From: Chloroflexota bacterium
Lineage (GTDB): Bacteria > Chloroflexota > Anaerolineae > B4-G1 > SLSP01
DNA length: 64,000 nucleotides
Assembly: GCA_019873725.1 (NCBI GenBank)
Contig: JAIOAS010000002.1
Coordinates: forward strand, 1,012 to 65,011
Reading direction: 5' to 3'
A model generated the notes under the pieces. The model was not told the DNA's origin, did no database searches, and worked only from the letters and a program-made list of their open reading frames with translations. This document shows, in pieces, positions 7,751 to 17,665 of the stretch. The position numbers and the translations under genes were made by a program. The number at the start of each line of letters is the position of its first letter. The first letter of the stretch is position 1.

Positions 7751-8451
7751 TGAGTCAAGGGACAACCGCTGTCACACTCGTGCCCGCCCTGGTCGGCCTC
7801 TGGCTGGCTTGGTTGAGCTACGGCGATCGGCGGACACGCAACGTCCCGGCCTGGGCCACAGCCTTGCCCCTGGCAGTGTTGGGATTGCTGCGTGTTGTTG
7901 TAGTCCCACCGGATGGCGTGGTTGTACCTGGCGGCGCAGCGGTGGGGTTCGCCCTGCTGATGCTCTTGCTGTCCGACACGCCGTCCGCCATCTTCCCTGC
8001 CGGGGCCGCTGCGTTCTGCGCCGGACTCTCCGGGGAGCAGGCGCAAGTCCTGGTAGGCAGTTGGATCGCTGCGTTGGTGCTCGTTGACCTGAACATCTGG
8101 GGCGCAGGGGACGGCAAAGTGTTGGCCGTGTTGACGGCGCTGTATCCCGATGTGCGGGTACTGGTCGCAATGGGTATAGCTTTGCTCGCGGGCGGTGTGG
8201 TGACCTTGCTCCGGCACCGCCCACGCATTGGCGAACGCCGCACTTTCCCCGCCATCCCCTGGTTGGCAGTGGGAACAATGCTCTACCTGGTGTTGGTAGC
8301 GGTCAGCAATCAGCGTTCAGCTATCAGCTTCGGACTGCCAGCATCAAGCAACCAGCTTCCAGCATCCAATATTCAGCATTCACTCCCAAGTGCAAGGACT
8401 TCGGACTTTCGACTTTGGACTTGGGACTACTTTCAAGGAGGTTCACATTGA
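7750..8451 (+). CDS. cpaA: prepilin peptidase CpaA/TadV (A24 family)
   Basis: Polytopic membrane protein with LVDLNIWGAGDGKVLAVLTALYPD (the aspartyl peptidase DGK-type motif). GTG start at 7750 or ATG at 7714. The last ~48 aa are encoded by a repeat element and overlap the tadB start. Confidence 0.65.
   Translation: MSQGTTAVTLVPALVGLWLAWLSYGDRRTRNVPAWATALPLAVLGLLRVVVVPPDGVVVPGGAAVGFALLMLLLSDTPSAIFPAGAAAFCAGLSGEQAQVLVGSWIAALVLVDLNIWGAGDGKVLAVLTALYPDVRVLVAMGIALLAGGVVTLLRHRPRIGERRTFPAIPWLAVGTMLYLVLVAVSNQRSAISFGLPASSNQLPASNIQHSLPSARTSDFRLWTWDYFQGGSH
8301..8432. repeat. tandem-heptamer repeat element (CAGCNNT / CCAGC / GGACTT arms) encoding the cpaA C-terminal tail
   Basis: ggtcagcaatcagcgttcagctatcagcttcggactgccagcatcaagcaaccagcttccagcatcc...ggacttcggactttcgactttggacttgggac. 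Confidence 0.55.
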
Positions 8452-9332
8452 ATACACCGACTTTCCTTTTCGCCGCCCTGGCCGCCGCCGGGGTGCTCCT
8501 GGCCTGGATCGGGGCGACAACACGCGCTTACGTGCGCCTCGTACCCATCGATCAACGGGGAATACTCGCGCAGTTGAACACCCGCTTGCAGGCCGCTGAT
8601 ATTCCATTGTCCGCACGCGAGTTCCTGCTCACGGGTCTCGGGATCGGCGCGGTCTTGGCCGGGGGCGCGCTGGTCATCCTGGGGCCGACGGTTTTGGCCG
8701 CGGTCGTCATTTGCCTCGGTCCCGTCATCTATTGGCAGGCGTGGGCAGGCAAGCAGGAACGCTTCAAGCGCGAGTACGTCAACGCCCTCAGCCAGGCCAT
8801 CGAGACCTTGCTGCGGGCCTACAGCGCCAATCCCAACTTGACCGCCGCCTTGCAGGAGGCCACGCCCTATATGCGCGAACCGGTGCGTGGCGACTTCGTG
8901 CAGGTGGTCACATCCTTGCAGACCCGCGCGACGCTCAGCGACGCCCTCTACCAGGTGGCCGAACGGCGGCACAACCCGTACTTCGATATGCTGGCCGAGG
9001 CCCTCGTGGTGCGCGAGCAACAGGGCGGCAAACTCAAGACCGTCCTCGAAGGACTGCAAAGCCTGCTGCGTGGCGTGATCCAGATTCAGAACGAAGTCCG
9101 CGCCCGGCAAACACAGCCCAAACTGGAAGGCACGATTGTGGCCATTGCGCCGTTCGTTTTCCTCGCACTGCTCAAGCTGGCGTTGCGCGACTACGAGGGC
9201 GGCTTCTACGCCACGCTCGACGGGCAGATCGTGTTAGCCGTCGCCATTGTCTTCTCCGGGGTGGCTTATCTGCTCTCTCAGAAGATCGCCAAGGCCGGAC
9301 TTGACCTGGAAGCTCAGGGAGGTGCGCGATGA
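8448..9332 (+). CDS. tadB: Flp pilus assembly protein TadB (T2SS-F family)
   Basis: TTG start 7 nt after AAGGAGG. Membrane protein with T2SSF-like region (LSQAIETLLRAYSANPNLTAALQEATPYMREPVRGDF). Confidence 0.7.
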   Translation: MNTPTFLFAALAAAGVLLAWIGATTRAYVRLVPIDQRGILAQLNTRLQAADIPLSAREFLLTGLGIGAVLAGGALVILGPTVLAAVVICLGPVIYWQAWAGKQERFKREYVNALSQAIETLLRAYSANPNLTAALQEATPYMREPVRGDFVQVVTSLQTRATLSDALYQVAERRHNPYFDMLAEALVVREQQGGKLKTVLEGLQSLLRGVIQIQNEVRARQTQPKLEGTIVAIAPFVFLALLKLALRDYEGGFYATLDGQIVLAVAIVFSGVAYLLSQKIAKAGLDLEAQGGAR

Positions 9333-10237
9333 CGTACAGTCTGTGGTTCGCTTTCCTGGGTGGTCTGGGGACGTTCCTGGCGCTCAACGCCGGGCAACGC
9401 CGCGCCCCACGTACTTTGCGCGTGCGCCTGGGACTGGAACAGGTGCAAGCGCGGCGGCCCCTGGTAGATCGCTTGTTTGGCACGTGGGCGGAGAGCCTGT
9501 TACAGCGACGCGACGCCACCGACGTGGAAACGCGGCTCAAGCAAGCGGGGTTCTGGCAACGGGTCGGGGCGCTGTATCCCGATGTGCGCACCTTCTACGC
9601 CTACAAGGTCGCCAGCGCCACGCTGTTGGCCGTGCTGGGCTTGGGCGCAGGGCTGATCCTGGCGTCTCTGGGCGGTTTCAGTCCTGCGACGGGCCTGGCT
9701 GTCGCTGCGGCGACTGGTGCGCTGGGCTACTTCTTGCCGGATATGGACTTGAAGGGCAAGGTCTCGCGGCGCGACGACCAGATGCTCGCCGATATGGCTT
9801 CAGCGTTGGATCGCCTGGCGAACTTCCTGGCGGCGGGGTATCCCCTGGCGCAGGCGGTGCAGCAGTTGGCGGAGCGCCCCGGTGGGGTGTTCGTGGCCGA
9901 ACTGCGGCCTGTCGCGGCGCACTACAACGTCAGCGGCGATCTGGCGGCGGGGGTGGAAGCCTTGTTGGAAAACAACGGCAACCTGCCGCCGCTGATCCCG
10001 TTCGTGACGCTGCTGCGCACGACGGCGCGGTTGGGCGGCGGCGTGAGTGAACAGTTACGCGATTTGGCCGCAGAGCTACGGACGGAGTTGACCCAGCGCA
10101 TCACAGCGCGGGGCTACCGCAACACGGTCTTGATGATCGTCCCGGCCTTCTTCGCCATCCTCGCCACGCTGCTGGTCTTGGCCGCGCCCGGCGCGTTACG
10201 CGCCTTTGCCAGCCTGGGGACGGGCGGCTTTCTGTAA
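9329..10237 (+). CDS. tadC: Flp pilus assembly protein TadC (T2SS-F family)
   Basis: Overlapping start (ATGA). Membrane protein with T2SSF-like region (LDRLANFLAAGYPLAQAVQQLAERPGGVFVAEL). Confidence 0.7.
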   Translation: MTYSLWFAFLGGLGTFLALNAGQRRAPRTLRVRLGLEQVQARRPLVDRLFGTWAESLLQRRDATDVETRLKQAGFWQRVGALYPDVRTFYAYKVASATLLAVLGLGAGLILASLGGFSPATGLAVAAATGALGYFLPDMDLKGKVSRRDDQMLADMASALDRLANFLAAGYPLAQAVQQLAERPGGVFVAELRPVAAHYNVSGDLAAGVEALLENNGNLPPLIPFVTLLRTTARLGGGVSEQLRDLAAELRTELTQRITARGYRNTVLMIVPAFFAILATLLVLAAPGALRAFASLGTGGFL

Positions 10238-10264
10238 TAGCCGTTACGCGCCTGGCCGTTTTCT

Positions 10265-10346
10265 GACAGGATTAACAGGATTTTCAGGATTGGCAAAGGC
10301 TTTATGAGGTCTTTTTTCATCCTGTTCATCCTGGCAATCCTGTCCA
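10265..10346. repeat. CAGGATT-family inverted tandem repeat; paralog at 60713-60784
   Basis: gacaggattaacaggattttcaggatt ... catcctgttcatcctggcaatcctgtcc. The left arm is the exact reverse complement of the arm at 60758-60784. Confidence 0.7.
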
Positions 10347-10502
10347 AAGAAAGGAGGTGATGCCTATTGAATGACGACAACTAACCCATAACGGTCCCGC
10401 ACCTTACCGGGGGCGCAGTGCGTTCCACTGCGTCCCCACTTAACCGAAGCCATTCATAGTTCAGCCAAATCAGTTTCAGGCAGAAGGAGGAGAGATAAGC
10501 CT

Positions 10503-10787
10503 ATGAACATCGTGCAACGCACTCAAGATACAGTCACCCTGACCTATCTGCGGGTCAGCCAGCGTCTCGCGGCGCATCCCATCGCGCGACGGCTCAGCGC
10601 CTTGCAGCAGGGACGGGTCAAGCAGGCTTTGGCCTGCGAAGAGGGACAAGGCTTGCTGGAGTACATCATCGGCATCGCCGGGGTCTTTGTCGTCGCCGCT
10701 GCGGTGTTGGCGCTGTACCGCGCCATCCGCGGCAAGTACGGCGAAGCGACCAACAGCGTCAATTCGCTGACCATCACCGCGCCCTAA
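10503..10787 (+). CDS. flp: Flp family type IVb pilin (long leader)
   Basis: EEGQGLLEYIIGIAGVFVVAAAVLAL matches the G/XXXXEY Flp processing motif and is followed by a hydrophobic helix. Strong RBS aggagg. Unusually long ~47-aa leader. Confidence 0.7.
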   Translation: MNIVQRTQDTVTLTYLRVSQRLAAHPIARRLSALQQGRVKQALACEEGQGLLEYIIGIAGVFVVAAAVLALYRAIRGKYGEATNSVNSLTITAP

Positions 10788-10862
10788 GGCGTGCGCCGGG
10801 GAAGGCCCGTGCGCCGCCCTGGTGGACGCGCGGTCTTCCCCGGCCTGAAAGGAGTCACACAG

Positions 10863-11279
10863 ATGAACCAAGTGACACAACATCAAAAAGAGCAAGGCCA
10901 GGCCCTCATCGAGATGCTGTTGGTCTTGCCGGTCTTTCTGTTCCTGACCGGGGCGATCATCGGCATCGGCTGGGCCTACTGGGTGCGCCTGAATCACGTC
11001 GCCTATGCCCAGGATGCGACCACGATGGCGGGCAAAGCCAACGCCGTGGATGCGGGCCAGGCGTGGGCCGCGCGTTTTATCCAAGGGTCCAACGTGGACT
11101 TCGGGGCGCAGACGACGGTTGCGCCGTTGACGCTGCAACGCGGCGTCCAGGCCACGGCCCGGTACCAGGCCCCGGCGCTACTGCTGTGGGACTTAGCCGC
11201 ACCGGAAGTCACCGCCGGGGCGTTCACCCGCTGGGAGCAGTTCTACCCCGGCCCACCCGCGCCGGGCGCTTTTGAATGA
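10863..11279 (+). CDS. tadE: TadE-like pseudopilin
   Basis: HQKEQGQALIEMLLVLPVFLFLTGAIIGIG matches the TadE/TadG N-terminal motif. Confidence 0.7.
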   Translation: MNQVTQHQKEQGQALIEMLLVLPVFLFLTGAIIGIGWAYWVRLNHVAYAQDATTMAGKANAVDAGQAWAARFIQGSNVDFGAQTTVAPLTLQRGVQATARYQAPALLLWDLAAPEVTAGAFTRWEQFYPGPPAPGAFE

Positions 11280-11317
11280 CGGTGACACATACATCACAAG
11301 GAAAGGATAAATACACA

Positions 11318-13903
11318 ATGCGAAAGAAACGAATCTTGACCCTCGCTCTACTGGGCATTCTCATCATTTCCAACGTCGTGCGCGCCGTGGCTGCCCCGGC
11401 TGCACCGACTGCGCCATCGCGCCTCTTGACCTACCAGGGGCACCTACTGGACACAACAGGCTTGCCGGTGGCCGACGGTGCATACTCGATGGCCTTCAGC
11501 CTGTGGGACGCCGCGACAGACGGCGCACAGCTTTGGGGACCCGAAGCGCATACCGTGACCGTCACGGACGGCTACTTTGCGCTGCTCTTGGGCACGGAGA
11601 TACCCCTCGACGCGGCACACTTCACCGACGACACCTACCTGGAGATCGCGGTGAGCGGCGAGACGCTCACCTCCCGCCAGCCGTTGGGCGCTGTAGCGTA
11701 TGCGCTGGGTGCATCCCAGGCCGAGCACGCTGTCACTGCCGATGATGCGGCGCTGTTGGGCGGGGCCGCACCGGAGGTCTACCACGACTGGCGCAATCTC
11801 ACCCACGTCCCAGACGGCTTTGCCGATGGCCTCGACAATGACACGCTCTACACCGACGACGATGCGCTGTCAGCCGTGCAAGCTGCCGGGTATCTCACCG
11901 CCACCGGCGTCATCGAGGTGTTGAGCACCACGCACACGCTGACCGTCACCGTGGCCCACGCCCTGACCGCGAATGACGCGGAGACCCTCAACGGGCAGGC
12001 CGGGGACTACTACCTGGACTGGCGCAACTTCAACCATATCCCGGACGATTTTGCTGACGGTGTGGACAACGACACGACCTACAGCGCCGGTTTTGGTCTA
12101 GCACTGGAAGACGCCACCTTCAGCGTCATCGGCGCACCGTGGTCAGGCTTGGTCGGCATCCCGGCGGGCTTTGCTGACGGCGTGGACAACGACACAGTTT
12201 ACACCGATGAAGACGCACTATTGGCTGTGGAAGCCGCCGGATATGTCACCTCAAGCGAGGTCATCTCCGTGGTCAACCAGGCCGGCTATGTGACCGACGT
12301 GCAAGTGCTGGCCCTCATCACCAACACCACGTCACACACTTCGACGTATGCCTTTACTGCTGGAGATGCCGCGACCCTCAATGGACACGCCTGGGACTAC
12401 TACCTGGACTGGCGCAACTTCACGCACGTGCCTGACGATTTCACTGATGGCGTAGACAACGACACGACCTATACTGCCGGTTCTGGGCTGCGCCTGGACG
12501 GAACGATGTTTAGCGTCACCGGCGCACCGTGGTCAGGACTGACGGGCGTGCCTACCGGGTTTGCCGACGGGGTGGACAATGACACGACCTACGCGGCAAG
12601 CACTGGAATCACCCTGAGCGGGACACAGTTCAGTGTCGCTGTACCATATCGCTTGCCGCAAAGCTGCACCAGCGGGCAGATCGCTGAATGGAACGGGACG
12701 ACCTGGGTATGTGCTTCGGACAACGACAGCGGCGGCGACATCACCGCGGTCACCGCAGGGACAGGACTGACCGGCGGTGGCACAACGGGCAGCGTTGCTC
12801 TCGCCGCCGACACCGCTTATCTACAACGCCGCGTCAGCAGCACGTGCGCGGTGGGCAGCAGTATCCGCGCCATTAACGCCGACGGCACGGTGCTCTGCGA
12901 GGCCGACGACAATACCACCTACACTGCTGGGGATGGTCTGGCCCTGATCGGCACGCAGTTCAGCCTGTCCACACCCTATCAACTTCCCCAAACATGCGCC
13001 AACGGCCAAATGCCACAATGGAATGGCGCGGTGTGGGACTGCGGTAGTCCAGTTGTCCCTGGCTACGCTCGCACCCTGGTCGTCGCTGCGAGTGGCGGGG
13101 ACTTCATCAGCGTCCAGGCCGCCGTGAACAGCATCACCGACGCCAGTGCGACGAACCCGTACCTTGTCTGGATCGCGCCCGGTGTGTATGCCGAGACGGT
13201 GACGCTCAAGCCCTATGTCCACTTGCAAGGCGCGGGGCGCGATGTCACCGTGCTGCAAGGCAACATCACCGACGACGATGGTAGTCCAACGGACAAAGCG
13301 ACGCTGATCCTGGACAACAATACCAGCGTGCGTGACCTGTCGGTGAATAACAGCGGCAGCGAGGGGCAAACCCGCGTGGGGATCCTCGTGCCAATGGGAA
13401 AAAGCAATGTGCGCGTGGTCGATGTCAACGTGAGCAGTGGAGGCACAGCGCGCAGCAGTTTCGCGCTCTGGATCGCCGGACGCGCCACGCTGGAAAATGT
13501 CACCGCCACGGCCAGCGGGGGGACGGTCATCAACGCCGCCATGATGGTCAAGGCGCAGTCTGCGTATCCGCCGTTTCCCGCGGAAGCGACGCTCTACGAT
13601 GGCGTGTACACGGCCAGCGGAACGAACGCGATGGGCATCAAGGTGGAGAACCTCGACAGCCGCATGGTCGTCAATGCTGCTTACATCTCCGCTACCGAGG
13701 CGCTATACAGTGATGGCTGGATCGAGGTCTACCACAGCCGCCTGGAAGCGCCCACCCACGTGGTGGTCAACACACAAGCCAGCCAACCGCAGCGCGCGCT
13801 GGTCAAGTACACCGAGTTTGTGGGCGCGGGGGGCATCTTCAACACCATCACCTGTGTAGCCGTGAGTCGCGGTGCGACCTTCGGGGCGACGACGTGTCCG
13901 TAA
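11318..13903 (+). CDS. large secreted repeat protein with C-terminal right-handed beta-helix (pectin-lyase-fold) domain; candidate adhesin
   Basis: Signal peptide MRKKRILTLALLGILIISNVVRAVAA. About six copies of DWRN[LF]THVPD[GD]F[AT]DG[LV]DNDT[LT]YT. C-terminal VVAASGGDFISVQAAVNSI...GVYAETVTLKPYVHLQGAG beta-helix signature. Confidence 0.6.
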   Translation: MRKKRILTLALLGILIISNVVRAVAAPAAPTAPSRLLTYQGHLLDTTGLPVADGAYSMAFSLWDAATDGAQLWGPEAHTVTVTDGYFALLLGTEIPLDAAHFTDDTYLEIAVSGETLTSRQPLGAVAYALGASQAEHAVTADDAALLGGAAPEVYHDWRNLTHVPDGFADGLDNDTLYTDDDALSAVQAAGYLTATGVIEVLSTTHTLTVTVAHALTANDAETLNGQAGDYYLDWRNFNHIPDDFADGVDNDTTYSAGFGLALEDATFSVIGAPWSGLVGIPAGFADGVDNDTVYTDEDALLAVEAAGYVTSSEVISVVNQAGYVTDVQVLALITNTTSHTSTYAFTAGDAATLNGHAWDYYLDWRNFTHVPDDFTDGVDNDTTYTAGSGLRLDGTMFSVTGAPWSGLTGVPTGFADGVDNDTTYAASTGITLSGTQFSVAVPYRLPQSCTSGQIAEWNGTTWVCASDNDSGGDITAVTAGTGLTGGGTTGSVALAADTAYLQRRVSSTCAVGSSIRAINADGTVLCEADDNTTYTAGDGLALIGTQFSLSTPYQLPQTCANGQMPQWNGAVWDCGSPVVPGYARTLVVAASGGDFISVQAAVNSITDASATNPYLVWIAPGVYAETVTLKPYVHLQGAGRDVTVLQGNITDDDGSPTDKATLILDNNTSVRDLSVNNSGSEGQTRVGILVPMGKSNVRVVDVNVSSGGTARSSFALWIAGRATLENVTATASGGTVINAAMMVKAQSAYPPFPAEATLYDGVYTASGTNAMGIKVENLDSRMVVNAAYISATEALYSDGWIEVYHSRLEAPTHVVVNTQASQPQRALVKYTEFVGAGGIFNTITCVAVSRGATFGATTCP

Positions 13904-13912
13904 AGGAGGTCA

Positions 13913-15280
13913 ATGATGCGACATACACTGTTACTCCTGCTCCTGCTGAGCTGCTTGCTCGCTGCCCCTGTAGCAGCGCAAGCCCCCGGTCTGCAGCGCG
14001 TCACGGCGGACACGGCCAACGCCGTCGCCGGTGGCACGCTGACCAACGGGAACTACACGCTGCACGGCACGCTGGGCCAGACCAGCGTCGCCACCTCGCG
14101 GGGCACGACCGCCACCCTGACCGGCGGTATCTGGTCCGGCATCAACGCCGCTGAGGTGTTGGTGCTCGAAAAGACCTACCGCGACGTCACCCCCGCACGT
14201 ACCGAAGTCGGGGAGACACTGACCTTCATCGTCGCCGTGACCAACAACGGGGTGCGCCCGCAGGCTAACATCGTGGTCAGTGACACGCTACCGGTGGGCT
14301 TGACCTTGCTACCGCAGAGTGTTACGGCGGACAAGGGTACGGTCACGGCAAGTGACAACGCGCTCACGCTACACCTGGCGACGTTGAGCTACGAGGAAAT
14401 TGCGGTGCTCACCTATCGCGCCACGGTGGATGTGGGGACGGAGGGGCAAACACTGGTCAACACGGCGGTCGCGCAGAGCGATACTTATGGGCCGGTTAGC
14501 GAGTCGGCCAGTGTATCCGTATATCGTCCGACCCGCATCTTCCTGCCGTTGGTGATGCGCGGCTATCCCCCTACGCCGCCCGTAGTGCAGGTTGCGGATG
14601 CGCCGGGAACGTGTCCGGGCTTGAGCATTGCGCTGGACATCTTCTACCGCGAGGACTTCGACGGGGAGAACGACAACGACTGCTTTGCCTTCACTGCCGT
14701 CGCCGGGCAGACCTATGTGCTGGAAACGGGCGACCTGGGAGCACAGGCCGATACCCTACTGACCTTGTATGCCGCGACGGACTGTGGGACACCCCTGGCG
14801 GAGAACGACGACATCAACTACCCCCACGACGTGGCCTCGCGCATTGTCTGGACGGCTCCGGCAAACGGTGTCTACAGCGTCCTGGTGCGCAGCTACGACT
14901 GGCGCGTCTATGGGTCGGGCACGGAGTACACGTTCCGGGTAACGCGCAGCAATGGAGTTACGCCGCAGAGCGCACCGCCGTCCACTGACAAGCCCGTGCC
15001 ACCGCCTACACCGATGCCCGACACCGACGCCCGTGTTTCACGGCGCGTACCAGGTTTAGCCGCGCCCCTCGCCGAGAAGCCGACCCCGCCGCCTACGCCG
15101 GTCAAGCCGCCGGTTGCCCCGACGCCCACCGGTCTAGCGACGCCGGAGGCCACTCCGGTAGTGACACAGATCGTGTTGTTGCCGGAAACGGGTTACGCGG
15201 GACGACTCAGTGGAGCCGGTCTGGTGTTGGCTTTGCTGGGTGCTGGTGCGCTGTGGCGTGTGCGGAGGTCCGTAGCGTGA
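13913..15280 (+). CDS. LPXTG-anchored surface protein with DUF11-like repeat and PPC (pre-peptidase C-terminal) domain
   Basis: Signal peptide. DFDGENDNDCFAF...YDWRVYGSGTEYTFRV (PPC). Pro-rich linker. C-terminal LPETG + hydrophobic segment + RVRRS (sortase sorting signal). Confidence 0.65.
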   Translation: MMRHTLLLLLLLSCLLAAPVAAQAPGLQRVTADTANAVAGGTLTNGNYTLHGTLGQTSVATSRGTTATLTGGIWSGINAAEVLVLEKTYRDVTPARTEVGETLTFIVAVTNNGVRPQANIVVSDTLPVGLTLLPQSVTADKGTVTASDNALTLHLATLSYEEIAVLTYRATVDVGTEGQTLVNTAVAQSDTYGPVSESASVSVYRPTRIFLPLVMRGYPPTPPVVQVADAPGTCPGLSIALDIFYREDFDGENDNDCFAFTAVAGQTYVLETGDLGAQADTLLTLYAATDCGTPLAENDDINYPHDVASRIVWTAPANGVYSVLVRSYDWRVYGSGTEYTFRVTRSNGVTPQSAPPSTDKPVPPPTPMPDTDARVSRRVPGLAAPLAEKPTPPPTPVKPPVAPTPTGLATPEATPVVTQIVLLPETGYAGRLSGAGLVLALLGAGALWRVRRSVA

Positions 15281-16581
15281 TGCGCCGTTTCGCCGCGCTG
15301 CTCTTGCTGGGGTTGGTGGTGTGGGCCGTGCCGGTAGCGGCGCAGAAGCCCACGCCGCCACCCACGCCCGCGCCGGTCGTGGAACCGTCCGCTGCACCGA
15401 CCAAAGCGCCGGAACCGCCGACGCCCACGCCGGAGCCGCTGCCCACCGCGACGCCGGAAGCCTTGCTACCGACAGCGACAGCCGTGTGGCCTACGGCGAC
15501 GGCTACGACGGTGGAAACGACAGCGACACTGGATGTGCCCACGGCGACTGCCACTTTGCCTCGTCCTACCGCGACGCACGCGGTGACGCCTACAGTGGTA
15601 GTCACGGCGACGCTAGATGTCGCGCCAAGCACTGCATCCACGGCCACACCCGGCCAATGGCCGACGTTGCCGGGCTGGGTGTGGCCGGTGGTCGCCGGTA
15701 TTGGTGTGCTCATTCTGTGGCTTATCGTGCGCTTCGTGGGCTACACGCGGCAAGACCTGGCGATGAAGCGGCGGATGATCGCCGAGGATACGGCGGCGCG
15801 CGTCGCCGCCCACCGTCGTGATGTGGCGGCGCAGTTGCAGGAGACCGATGCCTGGCGGCACTTGCTCGGTCAGATCGCTACCGATGCGTTGGGCCAACCG
15901 GTGCGCATCGTCGGGGACACCTTGCCGTACATCAACGCCGACGACCTGGCCTTTACCGCGCTGGATGATCAGGGCGTGAGCTACTGCTTCACCGTGACCC
16001 CGCACAAGTTACCAGGCCAGGTCTACCGGCTGGACAACCCGGAAACCCAGGCTGAAGTCTCCGCTGTGTGGCACTATCTGGCAGCGCAGCGGCTACAGGG
16101 TGCGCTCCCCGCCGTCCCGCGCCAGGCGACGTGGATCCTGGTCGTGCAACGGCCCAGTTCCCCGCTACTGCGCCGCCGCACTAACCGGCGCTGGTGGCTA
16201 GGTGTAGCGTTGGGCGTCCTCTTGCTGATCGCGGCGAGTACCCTGGTCGGGGCGCGGTTGGTGCGAGCACACCTGGCGACGCCGACGCCTGCCGTAGCTG
16301 CCGTCACCCTGGTCAACGAAACGGGTGAGACGGTGAGTTTGTGGACACTGGAAAACGAACCAGTGTGCGTGGTCTGCCCTGAGGCGGCACTGTCGCCACA
16401 AGAGAGTCGTGTCTTGGACGTCACCCCTGGCCCCGTGCTCTGGGAAGTCGTCCGCGCGCCCTTCGGCGACTTCTACACCGCTTACCGCCTTGCCCTGGTC
16501 GAGACCTACGTCGCACCAGGGACCACCGCGCGGGATACGGTAATCACCCTATCCAAAATGCCATTCACCAATGGGAGGTGA
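15280..16581 (+). CDS. Pro/Thr-rich secreted protein with single TM helix and cytoplasmic C-domain
   Basis: Signal peptide MRRFAALLLLGLVVWAVPVAAQ, PTPPPTPAP... low-complexity region, TM WVWPVVAGIGVLILWLIV. The ATG overlaps the previous stop. Confidence 0.5.
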   Translation: MRRFAALLLLGLVVWAVPVAAQKPTPPPTPAPVVEPSAAPTKAPEPPTPTPEPLPTATPEALLPTATAVWPTATATTVETTATLDVPTATATLPRPTATHAVTPTVVVTATLDVAPSTASTATPGQWPTLPGWVWPVVAGIGVLILWLIVRFVGYTRQDLAMKRRMIAEDTAARVAAHRRDVAAQLQETDAWRHLLGQIATDALGQPVRIVGDTLPYINADDLAFTALDDQGVSYCFTVTPHKLPGQVYRLDNPETQAEVSAVWHYLAAQRLQGALPAVPRQATWILVVQRPSSPLLRRRTNRRWWLGVALGVLLLIAASTLVGARLVRAHLATPTPAVAAVTLVNETGETVSLWTLENEPVCVVCPEAALSPQESRVLDVTPGPVLWEVVRAPFGDFYTAYRLALVETYVAPGTTARDTVITLSKMPFTNGR

Positions 16582-16585
16582 AACG

Positions 16586-17032
16586 ATGCAAATTCGTAAC
16601 TCGCAACTCGCAACTCAGCCCGAACAAGGCCAGGCCCTCATCGAAATGCTCATCGCCTTGCCGCTGCTGCTCCTGATCCTGGCCGCGGTCATCGGCTTCG
16701 GGCGGGTGCTCTTTGTCGCCCTCGCCGTTGACCAGGCCGCCTTCACCGGTGGACGCTACGCCGCCGAGAGCCTGAATCCCTACCAGGCCGCGTACCAGGC
16801 CTACCGCGCCACGGCAATGAACCTGACCGCTAACGGGATCGACGCTGCGCCGATGGCCTGGCAACTCGACGCCGCCGGCTGGCAGCGTGGCGGGACGGTG
16901 ACCAACTACGCCGGCGTCGCCGTGCCCGTCAATGACATCCCGCTGGCCCCGCTGCTCTTCGGCAGCGACCGCGTGACGCTCTGGCAGGGTGCGACGTTCC
17001 GCATCGAAAGGTGGAAGTCGAAATGGCAGTGA
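16586..17032 (+). CDS. TadE/TadG-like pseudopilin
   Basis: QPEQGQALIEMLIALPLLLLILAAVIG. RBS gggaggtgaaacgATG. Confidence 0.7.
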   Translation: MQIRNSQLATQPEQGQALIEMLIALPLLLLILAAVIGFGRVLFVALAVDQAAFTGGRYAAESLNPYQAAYQAYRATAMNLTANGIDAAPMAWQLDAAGWQRGGTVTNYAGVAVPVNDIPLAPLLFGSDRVTLWQGATFRIERWKSKWQ

Positions 17033-17493
17033 GGACAGGGAGTAGGAAGTATGGAGTAGGGAGTAAGGGACGCTGGCGCGGCCCTGATGAACAGGGGCAA
17101 GTGCTGGTTTGGGTACTGGTGTTGCTCCCATTGCTCCTGCTGATGGCGGCGCTGCTCATCGAGGGTGGCCTGATGTACCGCACGTACCGGCTGGCGCAGA
17201 TGGCCGCCGATGCAGCGGCGCACGCCGCCGCCCAGGAACTGGACGTGGCCTTGTACATGCGTACCGGGCGCGTGGCGTTGACGCCCAATGCGGCGACCGT
17301 GGCGCGGACCATCGCCGCGACCAACACCCGCGGACTGGTGGCCTGCGGCGTCCCGCACGTATGGGCCAACCGTGTGGAACTCGTCTGTCAAGCGGACTTA
17401 CACCCTGTCGTGCTCATCGGCGGTCCCACGGTTCACGTCAGTGTGCGTGGCCGCGCCCGACCCGCCTGGGGTGCAACGGTGGAATACGAGTGA
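17023..17493 (+). CDS. tadG: TadG-like (Tad_N domain) pilus assembly protein
   Basis: DEQGQVLVWVLVLLPLLLLMAALLIEGGLMYRTYRLAQMAADAAAHAAAQE is Tad_N-like. Confidence 0.6.
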   Translation: MAVRTGSRKYGVGSKGRWRGPDEQGQVLVWVLVLLPLLLLMAALLIEGGLMYRTYRLAQMAADAAAHAAAQELDVALYMRTGRVALTPNAATVARTIAATNTRGLVACGVPHVWANRVELVCQADLHPVVLIGGPTVHVSVRGRARPAWGATVEYE

Positions 17494-17494
17494 C

Positions 17495-17656
17495 GGAGAT
17501 TGAGAGAGTGGGAGATTGAGAGAATGGGTGAATGGAGAATCAGCGAATGAGCGAATCAGCGTGCATCGCCTTTCTTCTTTCCCCCTTACTCCTTACTCCT
17601 TACTCCCTACTCCTATTCACCATTCTTAACTCGCAACTCATAACTCGCAACTCGCA
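17495..17656. repeat. compound tandem repeats (GAGATTGAGAGARTGGG x2; GAATCAGCG; CTTACTC xN; AACTCGC xN)
   Basis: The cccttactccttactccttactccctactcc run is the inverse of ggagtaggaagtatggagtagggagtaaggg at 17040-17070, so the pair flanks tadG. AACTCGC runs also occur at 16596-16620 and 54731-54768. Confidence 0.55.
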
Positions 17657-17665
17657 AGGAGAACA

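Noticed and set aside
8433-9110. 225-aa minus-strand ORF
   Set aside because: Antisense to tadB. No RBS or domain.
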